Positions 1 to 9,567 are shown, counted from the first letter of the stretch. The stretch is 64,000 bases of DNA from Rhodospirillaceae bacterium (GCA_020852595.1 JADZAK010000103.1:5320-69319), one strand, 5' to 3'. Notes: generated from the letters alone by a model not told the origin. Numbers and translations: made by a program.

Positions 1-1714
1 GAAGGTGGATTTATCCCAGGACCCGGAGCGGGCCACGCGGCGCGCGCAGTTCAGCGCCATCCATCCCGATACCGCTTCGTTCTTTATTGTCGACGAGGCC
101 GGCAACGTCCTACGGACCTACACCGGCGGACTCGACATGCCGGGCAGCAACACCTACCGCCAGTTCTCGGTTGCCGTCGGCGACCTCGGTGTCGACCACT
201 TCACGCTCTACGCCCGCATGACGACGCACTACATCTCGACACTCACCCAATTCCTGGTCCCGGCAGGCGAGGAAATCCGCGCCGAAATAGCCATTGAACG
301 TGTGCTTTGGCCGTTGTTCGGCGCCATGGCGCTGGCAAGCTTCTTCTGCCTGCTGCTGTGGGCCCACCTGCGCGAACCGGTCTACGGCTACGGCTTCGCG
401 GTCGTGTTCAGCATTTTCATAACCGCTCAGCCCTATGTGAATTTCGACCGCCTGCTATGGCCGGAGGCTTTGCAAAACGGCGACTTCACGCGCCTTGTGT
501 ATCTCGGCGGATCGGGGCTCATGCACGGTTTCGGCCTGATGTTCACCTCCTACTTCCTCAACATCCCCGCGCGGCAGCCGCGTCTGCATGCCGCGGCCCG
601 AATCGCCGCTCTGACGATGGTGTTCGCGATGGTGGCCGTGGTGCTCCTTGCGCCCTACGATTTCTTCGTCGTTACCGTGGCGAGCCTCGTGACGTTGACG
701 GCATTGATCGCTGTCATGGTTGCCGGCGCTCTGCGCGCGAAGATGCGCTCCGCGATCACCTATACCGTGGTTGCGGCGCCCTTCCTGATCTGTCTCCTGC
801 TCGCCAATATCGCGAGCTATCACGTTCTCACCGAACACCCGATCTCCATTTCGCTCGCGGTGATGGCGCTGACATTGCTCGTGGTCGGCATCACCCTCAG
901 CCTTGCCGACGGGTTCCGCGAGAATTTGGAAAGCAAGGTGCAAGAACGGACCGCGGAGCTGTCCGTGGCCAACCGTGCACTGCGCGAGGCGCACGAGGCG
1001 AAAAACCGCATGCTGGGCGTCGTGGCTCACGATCTCCGCAATCCCTTGTCCGGCATCCGCGCCGCCGCGCAGCTCCTGATCGAAATTCCCCTGGAACAGA
1101 GCAAGCGTGAAACCTTGCTGCGCACGATCCGCGACGGCGCCGACGTCACCTTGAGCATGACGGAAGATCTTCTCGACGTGGCCGCGATCCGCGAAGGCAA
1201 GGTTGAATTGATGCCCGATTCCATCGACCTCCTGCAGCTTGTCGAATCGCGCGCCGATCTCTTCCGCATGACCGCCCAGGCCAAGGACATCGAATTGCGC
1301 CTTGATCTTTCGCGCATCCCGCCGGTGTGGGCGGATGCGAAGCGCGCCGCGCAGGTCCTCGACAACCTGGTGAGCAACGCCGTTAAATACTCGCCGCACG
1401 AAGGCAATGTGACCATTGAGCTGCGGGCCATTGACGGCCGCGCGCGACTGTCCGTGATCGACCAGGGGCCGGGCATTCCGGCCGATGAACTCGGCGGCAT
1501 CTTCGAGCCCTTCGAACGCGCCTCTCCGCAACCCACCGGCGGCGAACGCAGCATTGGGCTCGGGCTCGCGATCGTGAAGCGCCTGGTCGAAGCGCAGGAC
1601 GGCGAGATCCGCGTGCAAAGCGCGCTCGGCAAGGGCTCGCGGTTCGAGATATTCCTGCCGTTCGCCACCACGGTCGTCCGCGACACACCGGCGAAAGCGC
1701 TGTCACCCGCATGA
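1..1714 (+). CDS. Sensor histidine kinase, 7TM (7TMR-DISM-like) input region; 5' end probably lies outside the window
   Basis: About 7 hydrophobic helices (aa ~100-300) followed by a coiled coil. H-box VAHDLRNPLSGI, N-box LVSNAVKYSP, G-boxes DQGPGI and GLGLAIVKRLVE. The frame is open to position 2. Confidence 0.85.
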   Translation, partial: KVDLSQDPERATRRAQFSAIHPDTASFFIVDEAGNVLRTYTGGLDMPGSNTYRQFSVAVGDLGVDHFTLYARMTTHYISTLTQFLVPAGEEIRAEIAIERVLWPLFGAMALASFFCLLLWAHLREPVYGYGFAVVFSIFITAQPYVNFDRLLWPEALQNGDFTRLVYLGGSGLMHGFGLMFTSYFLNIPARQPRLHAAARIAALTMVFAMVAVVLLAPYDFFVVTVASLVTLTALIAVMVAGALRAKMRSAITYTVVAAPFLICLLLANIASYHVLTEHPISISLAVMALTLLVVGITLSLADGFRENLESKVQERTAELSVANRALREAHEAKNRMLGVVAHDLRNPLSGIRAAAQLLIEIPLEQSKRETLLRTIRDGADVTLSMTEDLLDVAAIREGKVELMPDSIDLLQLVESRADLFRMTAQAKDIELRLDLSRIPPVWADAKRAAQVLDNLVSNAVKYSPHEGNVTIELRAIDGRARLSVIDQGPGIPADELGGIFEPFERASPQPTGGERSIGLGLAIVKRLVEAQDGEIRVQSALGKGSRFEIFLPFATTVVRDTPAKALSPA

Positions 1715-2142
1715 AACTCTTCACCATCGGCTTCACCCAAAAAACCGCGGAAACATTCTTCACCATCCTGAAGAAGGCGGGCGTGAAGCACTTGATCGAT
1801 ATCCGGCTGCACAACGTTTCGCAGCTCGCCGGCTTCACCAAACGCGACGACCTCGCCTACTTTGCCAAGTCCATCTGCCGTATCCCCTATACCCACGCGA
1901 CCGATCTCGCGCCGACCGAGGAGATTCTGAACGCGATCAAGAAGGCCAAGGGGCGTTGGGGAACCCACGAAAAGAAGTTCATGGACCTGATGGCGGCGCG
2001 CAAGGTCGAGAAAATGGACCGCGAGATGTTCGAGGGCGGTTGCCTGTTATGCAGCGAACCGGCGCCGCATCACTGCCACCGGCGCCTGGTGGCCGAGTAC
2101 CTCGGCAAACACTGGAAAGGCGTGTCGGTCACGCATCTTTAG
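1711..2142 (+). CDS. DUF488 family protein
   Basis: MKLFTIGFT...HLIDIRL...LLCSEPAPHHCHRRLVAEYL matches the DUF488 pattern as I recall it. Its ATG overlaps the kinase stop (ATGA at 1711-1714). Confidence 0.8.
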   Translation: MKLFTIGFTQKTAETFFTILKKAGVKHLIDIRLHNVSQLAGFTKRDDLAYFAKSICRIPYTHATDLAPTEEILNAIKKAKGRWGTHEKKFMDLMAARKVEKMDREMFEGGCLLCSEPAPHHCHRRLVAEYLGKHWKGVSVTHL

Positions 2143-2178
2143 CGGCGCGCCAAAAGTGCCAATGCGCGTCAGCCTCCT

Positions 2179-2213
2179 AAAAAGAAAAACGCGCGCCGAC
2201 ATGCGGCGCGCGC
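2179..2213 (-). terminator. Intrinsic terminator downstream of hsp20
   Basis: 8-bp GC stem gcgcgccg (2191-2198) / cggcgcgc (2204-2211). On the minus strand it is followed by gtttttcttttt (2179-2190). Confidence 0.6.
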
Positions 2214-2253
2214 TTGAGTGAACCAGATCTCTTTATCGCATCGGCGCCTGGGG

Positions 2254-2703
2254 TTAGGCGGCCTGGGCGATGGTCTTGGGGGCATTCACGTTGCCGGCAA
2301 TCGCGACTTTGCGCGGCTTCAGGGCTTCCGGGATCTCGCGTTTGAGATCGATGTGCAGAAGACCGTTTTCCATGGTTGCGCCGGTGACTTGAATGTGGTC
2401 GGCCAGCTCGAACTTGCGTTCGAAGGAACGTCCGGCGATGCCGCGGTGGAGGAAAGTCGTCGCCGCGTCATCCTGCGAGGTCTTGCCGCGGACCGTCAGA
2501 GTGTGGTTCTCGACTTGCACGTCGAGGTCCTTGTCGGCAAATCCGGCGACCGCGAACGTAATGCGGTAGGCGTCGTCGCCGGCCTTCGCGATGTTGTACG
2601 GCGGATATGAGGGGGCGTCGTTGAGGGTCGCGTCGAACAAACGGTTGAGGTTGTCGAAACCGACAGTGGCGCGATACAGCGGCGAAAGGTCGAAGGTACG
2701 CAT
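2254..2703 (-). CDS. Small heat-shock protein, Hsp20/alpha-crystallin family
   Basis: MRTFDLSPLYRATVGFDNL...AYRITFAVAGFADKDLDVQVENHTLTVRGK...GLLHIDLKREIPE. ATG at 2703-2701 is preceded by GGAGA. The track ORF 2254..2997 carries a spurious 98-aa extension. Confidence 0.92.
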   Translation of the reverse strand: MRTFDLSPLYRATVGFDNLNRLFDATLNDAPSYPPYNIAKAGDDAYRITFAVAGFADKDLDVQVENHTLTVRGKTSQDDAATTFLHRGIAGRSFERKFELADHIQVTGATMENGLLHIDLKREIPEALKPRKVAIAGNVNAPKTIAQAA

Positions 2704-2860
2704 AGGAATATTCTCCAATGAGCAATATCCGGGGAGCGCGTTTATCGAGCTGCCGGGCTTCGTGGAGCCGAAACGAGATGTCCTCGCCTGAACCCCTAAA
2801 GCCGCGACGCGCCTCGAAAGGCCGCGCCCGTTGGCCGTGCAGGCCCCGAAGGCGCCTACA
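2704..2860 (-). promoter_or_regulatory. ROSE-like RNA thermometer in the hsp20 5' UTR
   Basis: The minus strand reads ccGGAUAUUGCUCAUUGGAGAAUAUUCCuAUG. The UUGCUC segment lies opposite the GGAG Shine-Dalgarno in a bulged hairpin (2704-2732), resembling the conserved 3' hairpin of ROSE elements. Upstream hairpins include a UUCG tetraloop. Confidence 0.5.
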
Positions 2861-2867
2861 GGGTTGG

Positions 2868-2895
2868 ATTTAAGGTGGGATTTGCCGGTCGCAAG
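2868..2895 (-). promoter_or_regulatory. Candidate sigma32 (RpoH)-type promoter for hsp20
   Basis: Minus strand has CTTG (2895-2892), then 17 nt, then CTTAAAT (2874-2868). The alphaproteobacterial RpoH consensus is CTTG-N17-CYTATNT. Confidence 0.35.
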
Positions 2896-2956
2896 GGTGG
2901 ATCCGGACTTTTTTTCGCCCCTTTTGGGCGCACGAAAAACCGCTTGTTTTCGCGCC

Positions 2957-3523
2957 TTACTGCGGCAGCTCGGCTTCGTTGGGGACAGCGTCGTCACGGC
3001 GGTCGTTGTGACGGTGGGTCATCGCCAGCCGGCGGAGTTCCTTGATAACGGGATCGAGGGTTTTCAGCTTCTTCTCGAGTTCGCCGCGAAAGTCCGGCGG
3101 CAGATCGCCCTGCAGAAGACGCCCGACGATATCGCATTGGCGCGCCAGCGAATTCACCGCGTCGATCAGGCTGCGGGATTTCGGCGTATGCGAATCGTGC
3201 ACGGCGCGCAGGTTGTTCATCAGCATATGGATCATGGTGCGAATGAACGGATCGGCCCGTTTCATCTTGTCGACCATGGTGTCGATGGAGATGACGGTAA
3301 GCTTGGAATCCTCGAGCGCGAAAGCCGTCGCGATCCGCGGACTACCGTCGATGACGGCCATCTCGCCGAACAGCTCGCCCTTGCGCACGGTCGCTAAAGG
3401 GATTTTGCGGCCCTGCGCTTCGCGATAGAGCCCGACGGCGCCGCTGGCGACGATATAAGCGGCGTCGCTGCTTTCGCCCTGCTTAAACAGGACCTTGCCT
3501 TTAGGAAAGGAAACGATGTCCAC
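2957..3523 (-). CDS. Cyclic-nucleotide-binding domain protein (no recognisable HTH)
   Basis: FKQGESSDAAYIVASGAVGLYRE...RKGELFGEMAVIDGSPRIATAFALEDSKL is a classic cNMP-binding beta-barrel motif. Confidence 0.8.
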   Translation of the reverse strand: MDIVSFPKGKVLFKQGESSDAAYIVASGAVGLYREAQGRKIPLATVRKGELFGEMAVIDGSPRIATAFALEDSKLTVISIDTMVDKMKRADPFIRTMIHMLMNNLRAVHDSHTPKSRSLIDAVNSLARQCDIVGRLLQGDLPPDFRGELEKKLKTLDPVIKELRRLAMTHRHNDRRDDAVPNEAELPQ

Positions 3524-3669
3524 GACGCCACCCCGCGCGGGGTCCGTCTCAGCCCGCGATCCATCCCGTTATTTTTCAACGGTTTTCGCCGGAAAGTCAA
3601 AGTCTTCGCACCCGCCGCGCGCCGGGATCGGCGGCGTTCAACGCGGGTTTAACGGACGCGGGGGGTCTT

Positions 3670-4692
3670 TTAAGTAACCTGCCAGGTATTGCCGGCGCGC
3701 ATGAGCTTATCGAGATCGCCCGGTCCTTTCGCGCGCGCGGCGGCATCCTGCGCGGCCACGGCGGTCTCATAGGACGGCGCCGGGTCGCAGTAGATGACGC
3801 CCAGCACTTCCGGGAACCGCGGCGGGCGAAGTCCCGAGAGCAGACCCGCGATCACCTTGTTCTTTTCGTCGTGCACCAGGATATCGGCCTCGGTGACGCC
3901 GTTCTCGCCGATGGTGACGACGTCGAGCGCGAAGGTCTGCGTATTGAGCTTGAGGCCCTTATTGCGCTCCTTGCCGAAGATCATCTTCTCGCCGTGCTTC
4001 ACATGAAGCTGCATGTCGGCGGCAACCGCCTTCTCGGTGAACCCGGCGAAGGCCGCGTCGTTGTAAACGATACAGTTCTGGATGATCTCGACGAACGACG
4101 CCCCCTTGTGGGCGCGGGCGCGGGAGAACAGCTCGCCGAGTTCCTTGGCCTGCACGTCGATGCCGCGCGCGACGAAACGCGCGTTGCAGCCGAGCGCGAA
4201 GACGCACGCTTCGGCCGGGCTGTCGACGCTGCCCATCGGCGTCGAGGGCGAACGCTGGCCCACGCGCGAGGTCGGCGAATACTGACCCTTGGTCAGACCA
4301 TAGATCTCGTTGTTGAACAGCAGGATGTTGATATCGATGTTGCGGCGCAGGGCGTGGAACAGGTGATTGCCGCCGATCGACAGCGCATCGCCGTCACCGG
4401 TCACCATCCACACATCGAGCTCGGGGCGCGAGAGTTTCAGGCCCGTTGCGATCGCCGGCGCGCGGCCGTGGATCGTGTGGAAACCGTAGGTCGCCATGTA
4501 ATATGGAAAGCGCGACGAGCAGCCGATGCCCGAGATGAACACCGTGTTCTCGGGGCGCACGCCCATGTCGGCCAGCGACTTGTGCATGGCTTTCAGGATC
4601 GCGTAGTCGCCGCAACCCGGACACCAACGCACTTCCTGGTCGGAGGCGAAGTCCTTGGCGGTGAGTTTTTCGGCTGGGACTTGGACGTTCAT
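3670..4692 (-). CDS. korB: 2-oxoglutarate:ferredoxin oxidoreductase, beta (TPP-binding) subunit
   Basis: WCPGCGDYAILKA, GIGCSSRFPYY, GDGDALSIGGNH and NNEIYGLTKGQ motifs. Lies 8 nt downstream of the alpha subunit. Confidence 0.9.
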   Translation of the reverse strand: MNVQVPAEKLTAKDFASDQEVRWCPGCGDYAILKAMHKSLADMGVRPENTVFISGIGCSSRFPYYMATYGFHTIHGRAPAIATGLKLSRPELDVWMVTGDGDALSIGGNHLFHALRRNIDINILLFNNEIYGLTKGQYSPTSRVGQRSPSTPMGSVDSPAEACVFALGCNARFVARGIDVQAKELGELFSRARAHKGASFVEIIQNCIVYNDAAFAGFTEKAVAADMQLHVKHGEKMIFGKERNKGLKLNTQTFALDVVTIGENGVTEADILVHDEKNKVIAGLLSGLRPPRFPEVLGVIYCDPAPSYETAVAAQDAAARAKGPGDLDKLMRAGNTWQVT

Positions 4693-4700
4693 GATCTCAC

Positions 4701-6590
4701 CTAAACGCTGGCGAACTGCGCACGAATCGCGTCTTCAACCTCGGAAATCTTCAGAGGCTGGCCTGAGACCTTCAAGAGGCCCTTGGCGTCGACGAGGTAT
4801 TGGCCGCGCAGGAGCTGCAGCATCTGACCGTTGTTCATTTCGGCGATAAGAACTTTCTCGTAGCTCTTCAAGAGCGCGCCGAGGTTGCGCGGTAGCGGCC
4901 AAATGTGGCGGATGTGAATGTGCGAAACGTCATGGCCCTTGGCGCGCATGTTGGCGACCGCGCGGTTGATGGGCCCGAAGGTCGAACCCCAACCGACGAC
5001 GGCAAGCTTGCCCTTGGCTTCGCCGATCTCGACGCTTTGCTCCGGGATATCGTCGGCGATGTTGTTGATCTTCGCCGCGCGCGTATCCGTCATCTTCTGA
5101 TGGTTCGCCGCGTCGTAGGAGATGTTGCCGGAGTTGTAGTCGCGCTCGATCCCGCCGATACGGTGCATCAGCCCCGGCGTGCCGGGGATGGCCCAGGCGC
5201 GCGCAAGCGTCTTCTCGTCGCGCACAAAGGGATGGAAGCCTTCGGGATCTTTACGGAACGCGACCTTGAACGGCGTGTAGTCGGCCATGGACGGAATGAG
5301 CCACGGCTCGGCCGCATTGGCGATATAGCCGTCCGAGAGCAGCATGACCGGCGTCATGTATTTGGTGGCGAGGCGCACGGCCTCGATGGCGACGTCGAAA
5401 CAATCGCCCGGCGAGCGCGACGCGATCACCGGCATCGGCGCATCGGCGTTACGGCCGAACACCGCGATGAAGAGATCCGACTGCTCGGTCTTGGTCGGAA
5501 GACCTGTCGAAGGTCCCCCGCGCTGGGTGTTGACCACCACCAGCGGAAGCTCGGTCCCGATCGCGAGGCCGATCGCTTCGGTCTTGAGCGCGATGCCGGG
5601 ACCCGAGGAGGCGGTGACTCCCAGCTTGCCGCCATAAGACGCGCCGATGGCGGCGCAGCAGGCGGCGATTTCGTCTTCCGCCTGGAAGGTCGTGACGCCG
5701 TACTGCTTCATGCGCGCAAGGATATGCAGGATCGGCGACGACGGTGTGATCGGATAGGACGCAAGCACCAGTTCGAGACCCGCGAGCTGCGCGCCCGCGG
5801 CAAGCCCCCACGCCAGCGATTCGGCGCCGGACACGAGGCGATAGGTGCCGGGTTCAACCTTGACGCTCGGCACCGACACCGGTGCGACATCGCCCGACAG
5901 TTCGTGCGTTTCGCCGTAAGCATGACCGGCGTTGAGCGCGGCAAGATTGGCTTTACCGATGGGATCCTCGGCGCCGAACTTGCGCGCGATATATTCCATC
6001 GTCGACTTGAGCTCGCGGTCGTACATCCACGAGACGAGGCCAAGCACCCAAAGATTCTTGGTGCGCAGCGCTTCCTTCTGCGAAACGCCGAACGGCTTCG
6101 CGACTTCCAGCGCTTGCGCGGAGATGTCGATCTCCATCACGCGGAATTCCTTGAGCGTGCCGTCGGTGCGCGGATCGACGGTGAAGCCGGCGCGCTTGAT
6201 GTCCTTGTCCTTGAAGGCGCCGGAATCGAGGATCACCAGGCCGCCTTTGCGCAGGCCTTTGTAGTTGACCATCAGCGCGGCGGGATTGAGCGCCACCAGC
6301 ACGTCGGGCTGATCGCCCGCGGTTTTCACGGGGCGCGAACCGAAGTTGATCTGGAACGCCGACACGCCGTAGGTCGTGCCCGTCGGGGCGCGGATCTCGG
6401 CAGGGAAGTCGGGGAATGTCGCGAGCGAATTCCCGACCAGCGCGGTCTCCTGGGCGAACTGACTGCCGAGAAGCTGCACACCGTCACCGGAGTCACCGGC
6501 GAAGCGCACGACAATCGCATCAAGGTCAGATTTGGGGACCGGCGCGCCGTCGGGCGCGCCGCTGCGTATATCGTCGGCCTGCAAGTTCAT
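4701..6590 (-). CDS. korA: 2-oxoglutarate:ferredoxin oxidoreductase, alpha subunit
   Basis: FAGDSGDGVQLLG...YPITPSS...EDEIAACCAAIGASYGG...TQRGGPSTGLPTKTEQSDL, typical of the OFOR alpha subunit. Confidence 0.9.
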   Translation of the reverse strand: MNLQADDIRSGAPDGAPVPKSDLDAIVVRFAGDSGDGVQLLGSQFAQETALVGNSLATFPDFPAEIRAPTGTTYGVSAFQINFGSRPVKTAGDQPDVLVALNPAALMVNYKGLRKGGLVILDSGAFKDKDIKRAGFTVDPRTDGTLKEFRVMEIDISAQALEVAKPFGVSQKEALRTKNLWVLGLVSWMYDRELKSTMEYIARKFGAEDPIGKANLAALNAGHAYGETHELSGDVAPVSVPSVKVEPGTYRLVSGAESLAWGLAAGAQLAGLELVLASYPITPSSPILHILARMKQYGVTTFQAEDEIAACCAAIGASYGGKLGVTASSGPGIALKTEAIGLAIGTELPLVVVNTQRGGPSTGLPTKTEQSDLFIAVFGRNADAPMPVIASRSPGDCFDVAIEAVRLATKYMTPVMLLSDGYIANAAEPWLIPSMADYTPFKVAFRKDPEGFHPFVRDEKTLARAWAIPGTPGLMHRIGGIERDYNSGNISYDAANHQKMTDTRAAKINNIADDIPEQSVEIGEAKGKLAVVGWGSTFGPINRAVANMRAKGHDVSHIHIRHIWPLPRNLGALLKSYEKVLIAEMNNGQMLQLLRGQYLVDAKGLLKVSGQPLKISEVEDAIRAQFASV

Positions 6591-6835
6591 AAGGTCATCA
6601 CTCCCGCACGGGTTCGGCGCCCGTCAAAAGACCTATGCACTTCGGATAGTCTAACGGACATACGCGGCCGGCTTAACAAAAAACGCCGTAACCACAGGCA
6701 TTTTCGCACGCGGTTACAGTTTGTGGGTTTGACCTAGAGCACTGGCGGCGCGCGGTCAATCGCCACGCACAAAAAATCACATGGAGTCAGTGGAATGGGG
6801 CTTTTCTGGCCTCATGCGCCCCTCCAAAGCCGCGC

Positions 6836-8017
6836 TTAAGCCGGCAGCGCGGCTGCGAGCCGGGCAAACCCCCGTTCGAGGTCGGCAATAAGATCGTCCG
6901 GGTCCTCGAGCCCGACGTGTAACCGCAAGCCCGGCTCGCTTTCGGTCCAAGGGACCGCCGTCCGGATGGTCTTGGGCGCCGAGGGCGCAATGAGGCTTTC
7001 AAAGCCGCCCCAGGAAAACCCGAGGGCAAAGAGCTTCATCCCGTCGATCATGGCCGCGACCGCCGCCGGTGATGTGCGGTGCAATAAAACTCCCATCAGG
7101 CCCGAGGCGCCCTGGAAGTCGCGCTTCCAGATCGCATGGCCGGGATCGCCGGGCAGCGCGGGATAGAGCACGCGTTTGACCTCCGGCCGGGTCTGAAGCC
7201 ACAGGGCGAGCTTCATCGCGTTTTCCTGATGACGCGCGAGACGCACGGCCAAAGTGCGTAGACCGCGCGTGGTCAGGAAAACATCATCGGGGCCGACCGC
7301 ATAGCCAAGCGCAAGCACGGCGCGGCGCAGGCCGGGAAGCGCGTGGGCCGTCGCCGTGACTGCGCCGATGACCGCGTCCGAATGGCCGCACAGATATTTC
7401 GTGCCGGCTTCGATGCTGATGTCCGCGCCGAGATCGAGCGGCCGGCAGAACACGGGGCTCGCCCAGGTGTTGTCGACGGCGACCTTGGCGCCGTGCGCAT
7501 GGGCGGCCTTTGCGATCGCGGGAATATCTTGAACCTCGAACGTGTGCGAGCCCGGCGATTCGCAGAAGACGAGCGCCGTGTTGGGACGCAGGAGCGCGGC
7601 GATGCCCGCGCCGGCACAAGGATCGTAATAGCCCGTCTCGACGCCAAAATCCTTCAGCAGCCCATCGCAGAGTTTACGGGTCGGCTCATAGGCGGAATCG
7701 GACACAAGCACATGATCGCCCGCCTTCACGCTGCCGACGATGGCAAGCGCACAGGCCGCGACGCCCGACGGCGTAAGGATCGTGTCGGCGCCGCCCGCGA
7801 GTTCGGTGATGGCCTCCTCGAGGGTCCAATGCGTCGGCGTCCCGAAGCGGCCGTAGGCGAGCACTTTCTCGCCGTTCAATCCCCGCGGCACGGTCTCGCG
7901 CATCTCTGCGACGGTATCGAAGACAACCGTGGACGCATGATACACGGGCGTGTTGACCACGCCCCCATTGCGCTTCTTCGAATGTCCGGCGCGAATGACC
8001 TTGGTGTCTTTCTTCAT
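6836..8017 (-). CDS. metC: Cystathionine beta-lyase (Cys/Met PLP-dependent family)
   Basis: MKKDTKVIRAGH...VNTPVYHASTVVFDT... with the PLP-lysine context AGTKYLCGHSD. Confidence 0.8.
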   Translation of the reverse strand: MKKDTKVIRAGHSKKRNGGVVNTPVYHASTVVFDTVAEMRETVPRGLNGEKVLAYGRFGTPTHWTLEEAITELAGGADTILTPSGVAACALAIVGSVKAGDHVLVSDSAYEPTRKLCDGLLKDFGVETGYYDPCAGAGIAALLRPNTALVFCESPGSHTFEVQDIPAIAKAAHAHGAKVAVDNTWASPVFCRPLDLGADISIEAGTKYLCGHSDAVIGAVTATAHALPGLRRAVLALGYAVGPDDVFLTTRGLRTLAVRLARHQENAMKLALWLQTRPEVKRVLYPALPGDPGHAIWKRDFQGASGLMGVLLHRTSPAAVAAMIDGMKLFALGFSWGGFESLIAPSAPKTIRTAVPWTESEPGLRLHVGLEDPDDLIADLERGFARLAAALPA

Positions 8018-8047
8018 GGACCGTTAGACTAGAAGAAAGAGGTCATC

Positions 8048-8944
8048 ATGCGAAGACGCGAGTTCTTGACGACAGGCGCGGCCGGGCTGACCCTCGCCGC
8101 CACGGGGCATGCGGCGGCGGCCAAGCCGTTCATGAGCCTGTCCTACACGCCGTCGGGCGTGGACCTGGAAGCCGAACTCGCGCGCGGCGTCGCCGAAACG
8201 CGCATCCGCCTCGATATCGACCTCGTGCGCAAATACACCGGCCGTATCCGCACCTACACCGTGGACCGCGGACTCGACCGCGTCCTGCCCATGGCCCAGC
8301 AGGCCGGGCTCAAGGTCTCGCTCGGCCTCTACCTGGGGCGCGACAAGAACCACAACGATCTCGAGATCGCGCGCGGCACGAAGCTGTACGCGGCCTACGG
8401 CAAGATCATCGACCGCATCTATGTCGGCAATGAATGTCTGCAGCGCAAGGACATGAGCGTGGCCGAACTCATCAACTATGTACGGCGCGTGCGCACGTTC
8501 ATCGCCAACCCGGGACTTCAGGTGGGCACGGCGGAAGCCTGGTATGACTGGCAGAAGAACCGCGAGTTGGCGACGGTCTGCGACTTCGTCGGCGCGCATC
8601 TTTTTCCCTATTGGGACGGCGTTCCCATCGGCGAAGCCGTCGATCATGTCGACCGCCGTTACGACGAATTGAAGGCGATCTTTCCGGGAAAACTTCTCTT
8701 GATCTCCGAGACCGGCTGGCCGTCGGCGGGCCCGCGTCACATGGGCGCGGTGCCGTCGCTCGAGGCTCAGGAGCAATTCACGCGCGCCTTCGTCGCGCGC
8801 GCGGCGCAGAAGAAATACGACTACAACTTCTGCGAAGCCTACGATCAGCCGTGGAAGGAAAAGAGTCTCGAGGCGGGCGTCGGCGCGCACTGGGGCCTGT
8901 TCGGCCGGATGCGCGAACCGAAGATCCCGTTCGTTCGTATTTAA
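8048..8944 (+). CDS. Glycoside hydrolase family 17-like (beta-1,3-glucanase/transglycosylase) with a Tat-type signal
   Basis: MRRREFLTTGAAG signal. YVGNE and ISETGWPS catalytic-glutamate motifs typical of GH17. Confidence 0.8.
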   Translation: MRRREFLTTGAAGLTLAATGHAAAAKPFMSLSYTPSGVDLEAELARGVAETRIRLDIDLVRKYTGRIRTYTVDRGLDRVLPMAQQAGLKVSLGLYLGRDKNHNDLEIARGTKLYAAYGKIIDRIYVGNECLQRKDMSVAELINYVRRVRTFIANPGLQVGTAEAWYDWQKNRELATVCDFVGAHLFPYWDGVPIGEAVDHVDRRYDELKAIFPGKLLLISETGWPSAGPRHMGAVPSLEAQEQFTRAFVARAAQKKYDYNFCEAYDQPWKEKSLEAGVGAHWGLFGRMREPKIPFVRI

Positions 8945-8951
8945 GCCCGTA

Positions 8952-9563
8952 TTAAGGTGGCGACGGACGCCCGTCGTCCGTCAGGAGCCCTCGCGCCTTG
9001 AGCGCATGCAGGCAGCGCGCGAAATGCGCCGGCGTCGACGGCCGGTCATAGAACTCCAGCCAGTTCTGTTCGGCGAAGGCGAGGATCGCCGGTTCGTCGT
9101 ATTCGACTTCCCACAAAATGCCGAGCAGCGAGGACAGATTCTCCTCTTCCTCGCGCGCGGCGGCGTCGACGCACACGGCCGCATTGGCTTCCTCGACGCG
9201 CCCGCTTTCGGGCCCGGCGCCGACGCCGAAATCCGGCAGGGCCCGCCGCTCAGGCGACGCCATTTGCCAGTGCGCGACTTCATGAAACACGACGCTGGTC
9301 TCCGAACGCGTACGGATGGCGTGGCCATCCCAGGAGAAAGCGACCGCGGGATCTTCGTCGAGGGTTGGAATGCCGAAGCGTTTCGCGAGATCAACCGCCT
9401 TGAACTGGCCCGCGTAAAGATCCGCCTTCAATCCAGGCGCCAAGACAGCCGTCGCCGCGATGCGCCGGAACGCCGCGCGCGCGAAATCGTCGCCGCCGAG
9501 CCCTGAGTCGAAGACGTCCACGATGTGCGGCAGCGCCGCGGGATCGACAGGTGTGAGGATCAT
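8952..9563 (-). CDS. Hypothetical cytoplasmic protein with an HExxHW motif
   Basis: FHEVAHWQMASPERRALPDFG. Starts 4 nt downstream of the nuclease gene. I see no signal peptide. It loosely resembles the EpmC/YfcM layout from memory only. Confidence 0.6.
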   Translation of the reverse strand: MILTPVDPAALPHIVDVFDSGLGGDDFARAAFRRIAATAVLAPGLKADLYAGQFKAVDLAKRFGIPTLDEDPAVAFSWDGHAIRTRSETSVVFHEVAHWQMASPERRALPDFGVGAGPESGRVEEANAAVCVDAAAREEEENLSSLLGILWEVEYDEPAILAFAEQNWLEFYDRPSTPAHFARCLHALKARGLLTDDGRPSPP

Positions 9564-9567
9564 GGCG

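Noticed and set aside
2704-2997. N-terminal 98-aa extension of the hsp20 ORF. Similar long extensions occur on htpG, acnA, ccmG, DUF1552, the APC permease, rhlE, thiC, coxS, coxM, the NHL protein and carD.
   Set aside because: The extensions are Arg/Pro/Gly-rich and run through upstream regulatory regions or upstream genes. They lack an RBS. Internal ATG or GTG codons coincide with the conserved N-termini, an RBS or translational coupling.
6678-6720. Terminator for metC or a regulatory hairpin upstream of korA (ccgtaacc...ggttacag preceded by aaaaaa).
   Set aside because: The stem is only 6-7 bp with a mismatch and a 17-nt loop. That is too weak to call.
8024-8890. 288-aa minus-strand ORF opposite the GH17 gene.
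   Set aside because: The plus-strand product has both GH17 catalytic motifs and a Tat signal. The minus-strand product has no motifs and an Arg-rich composition.
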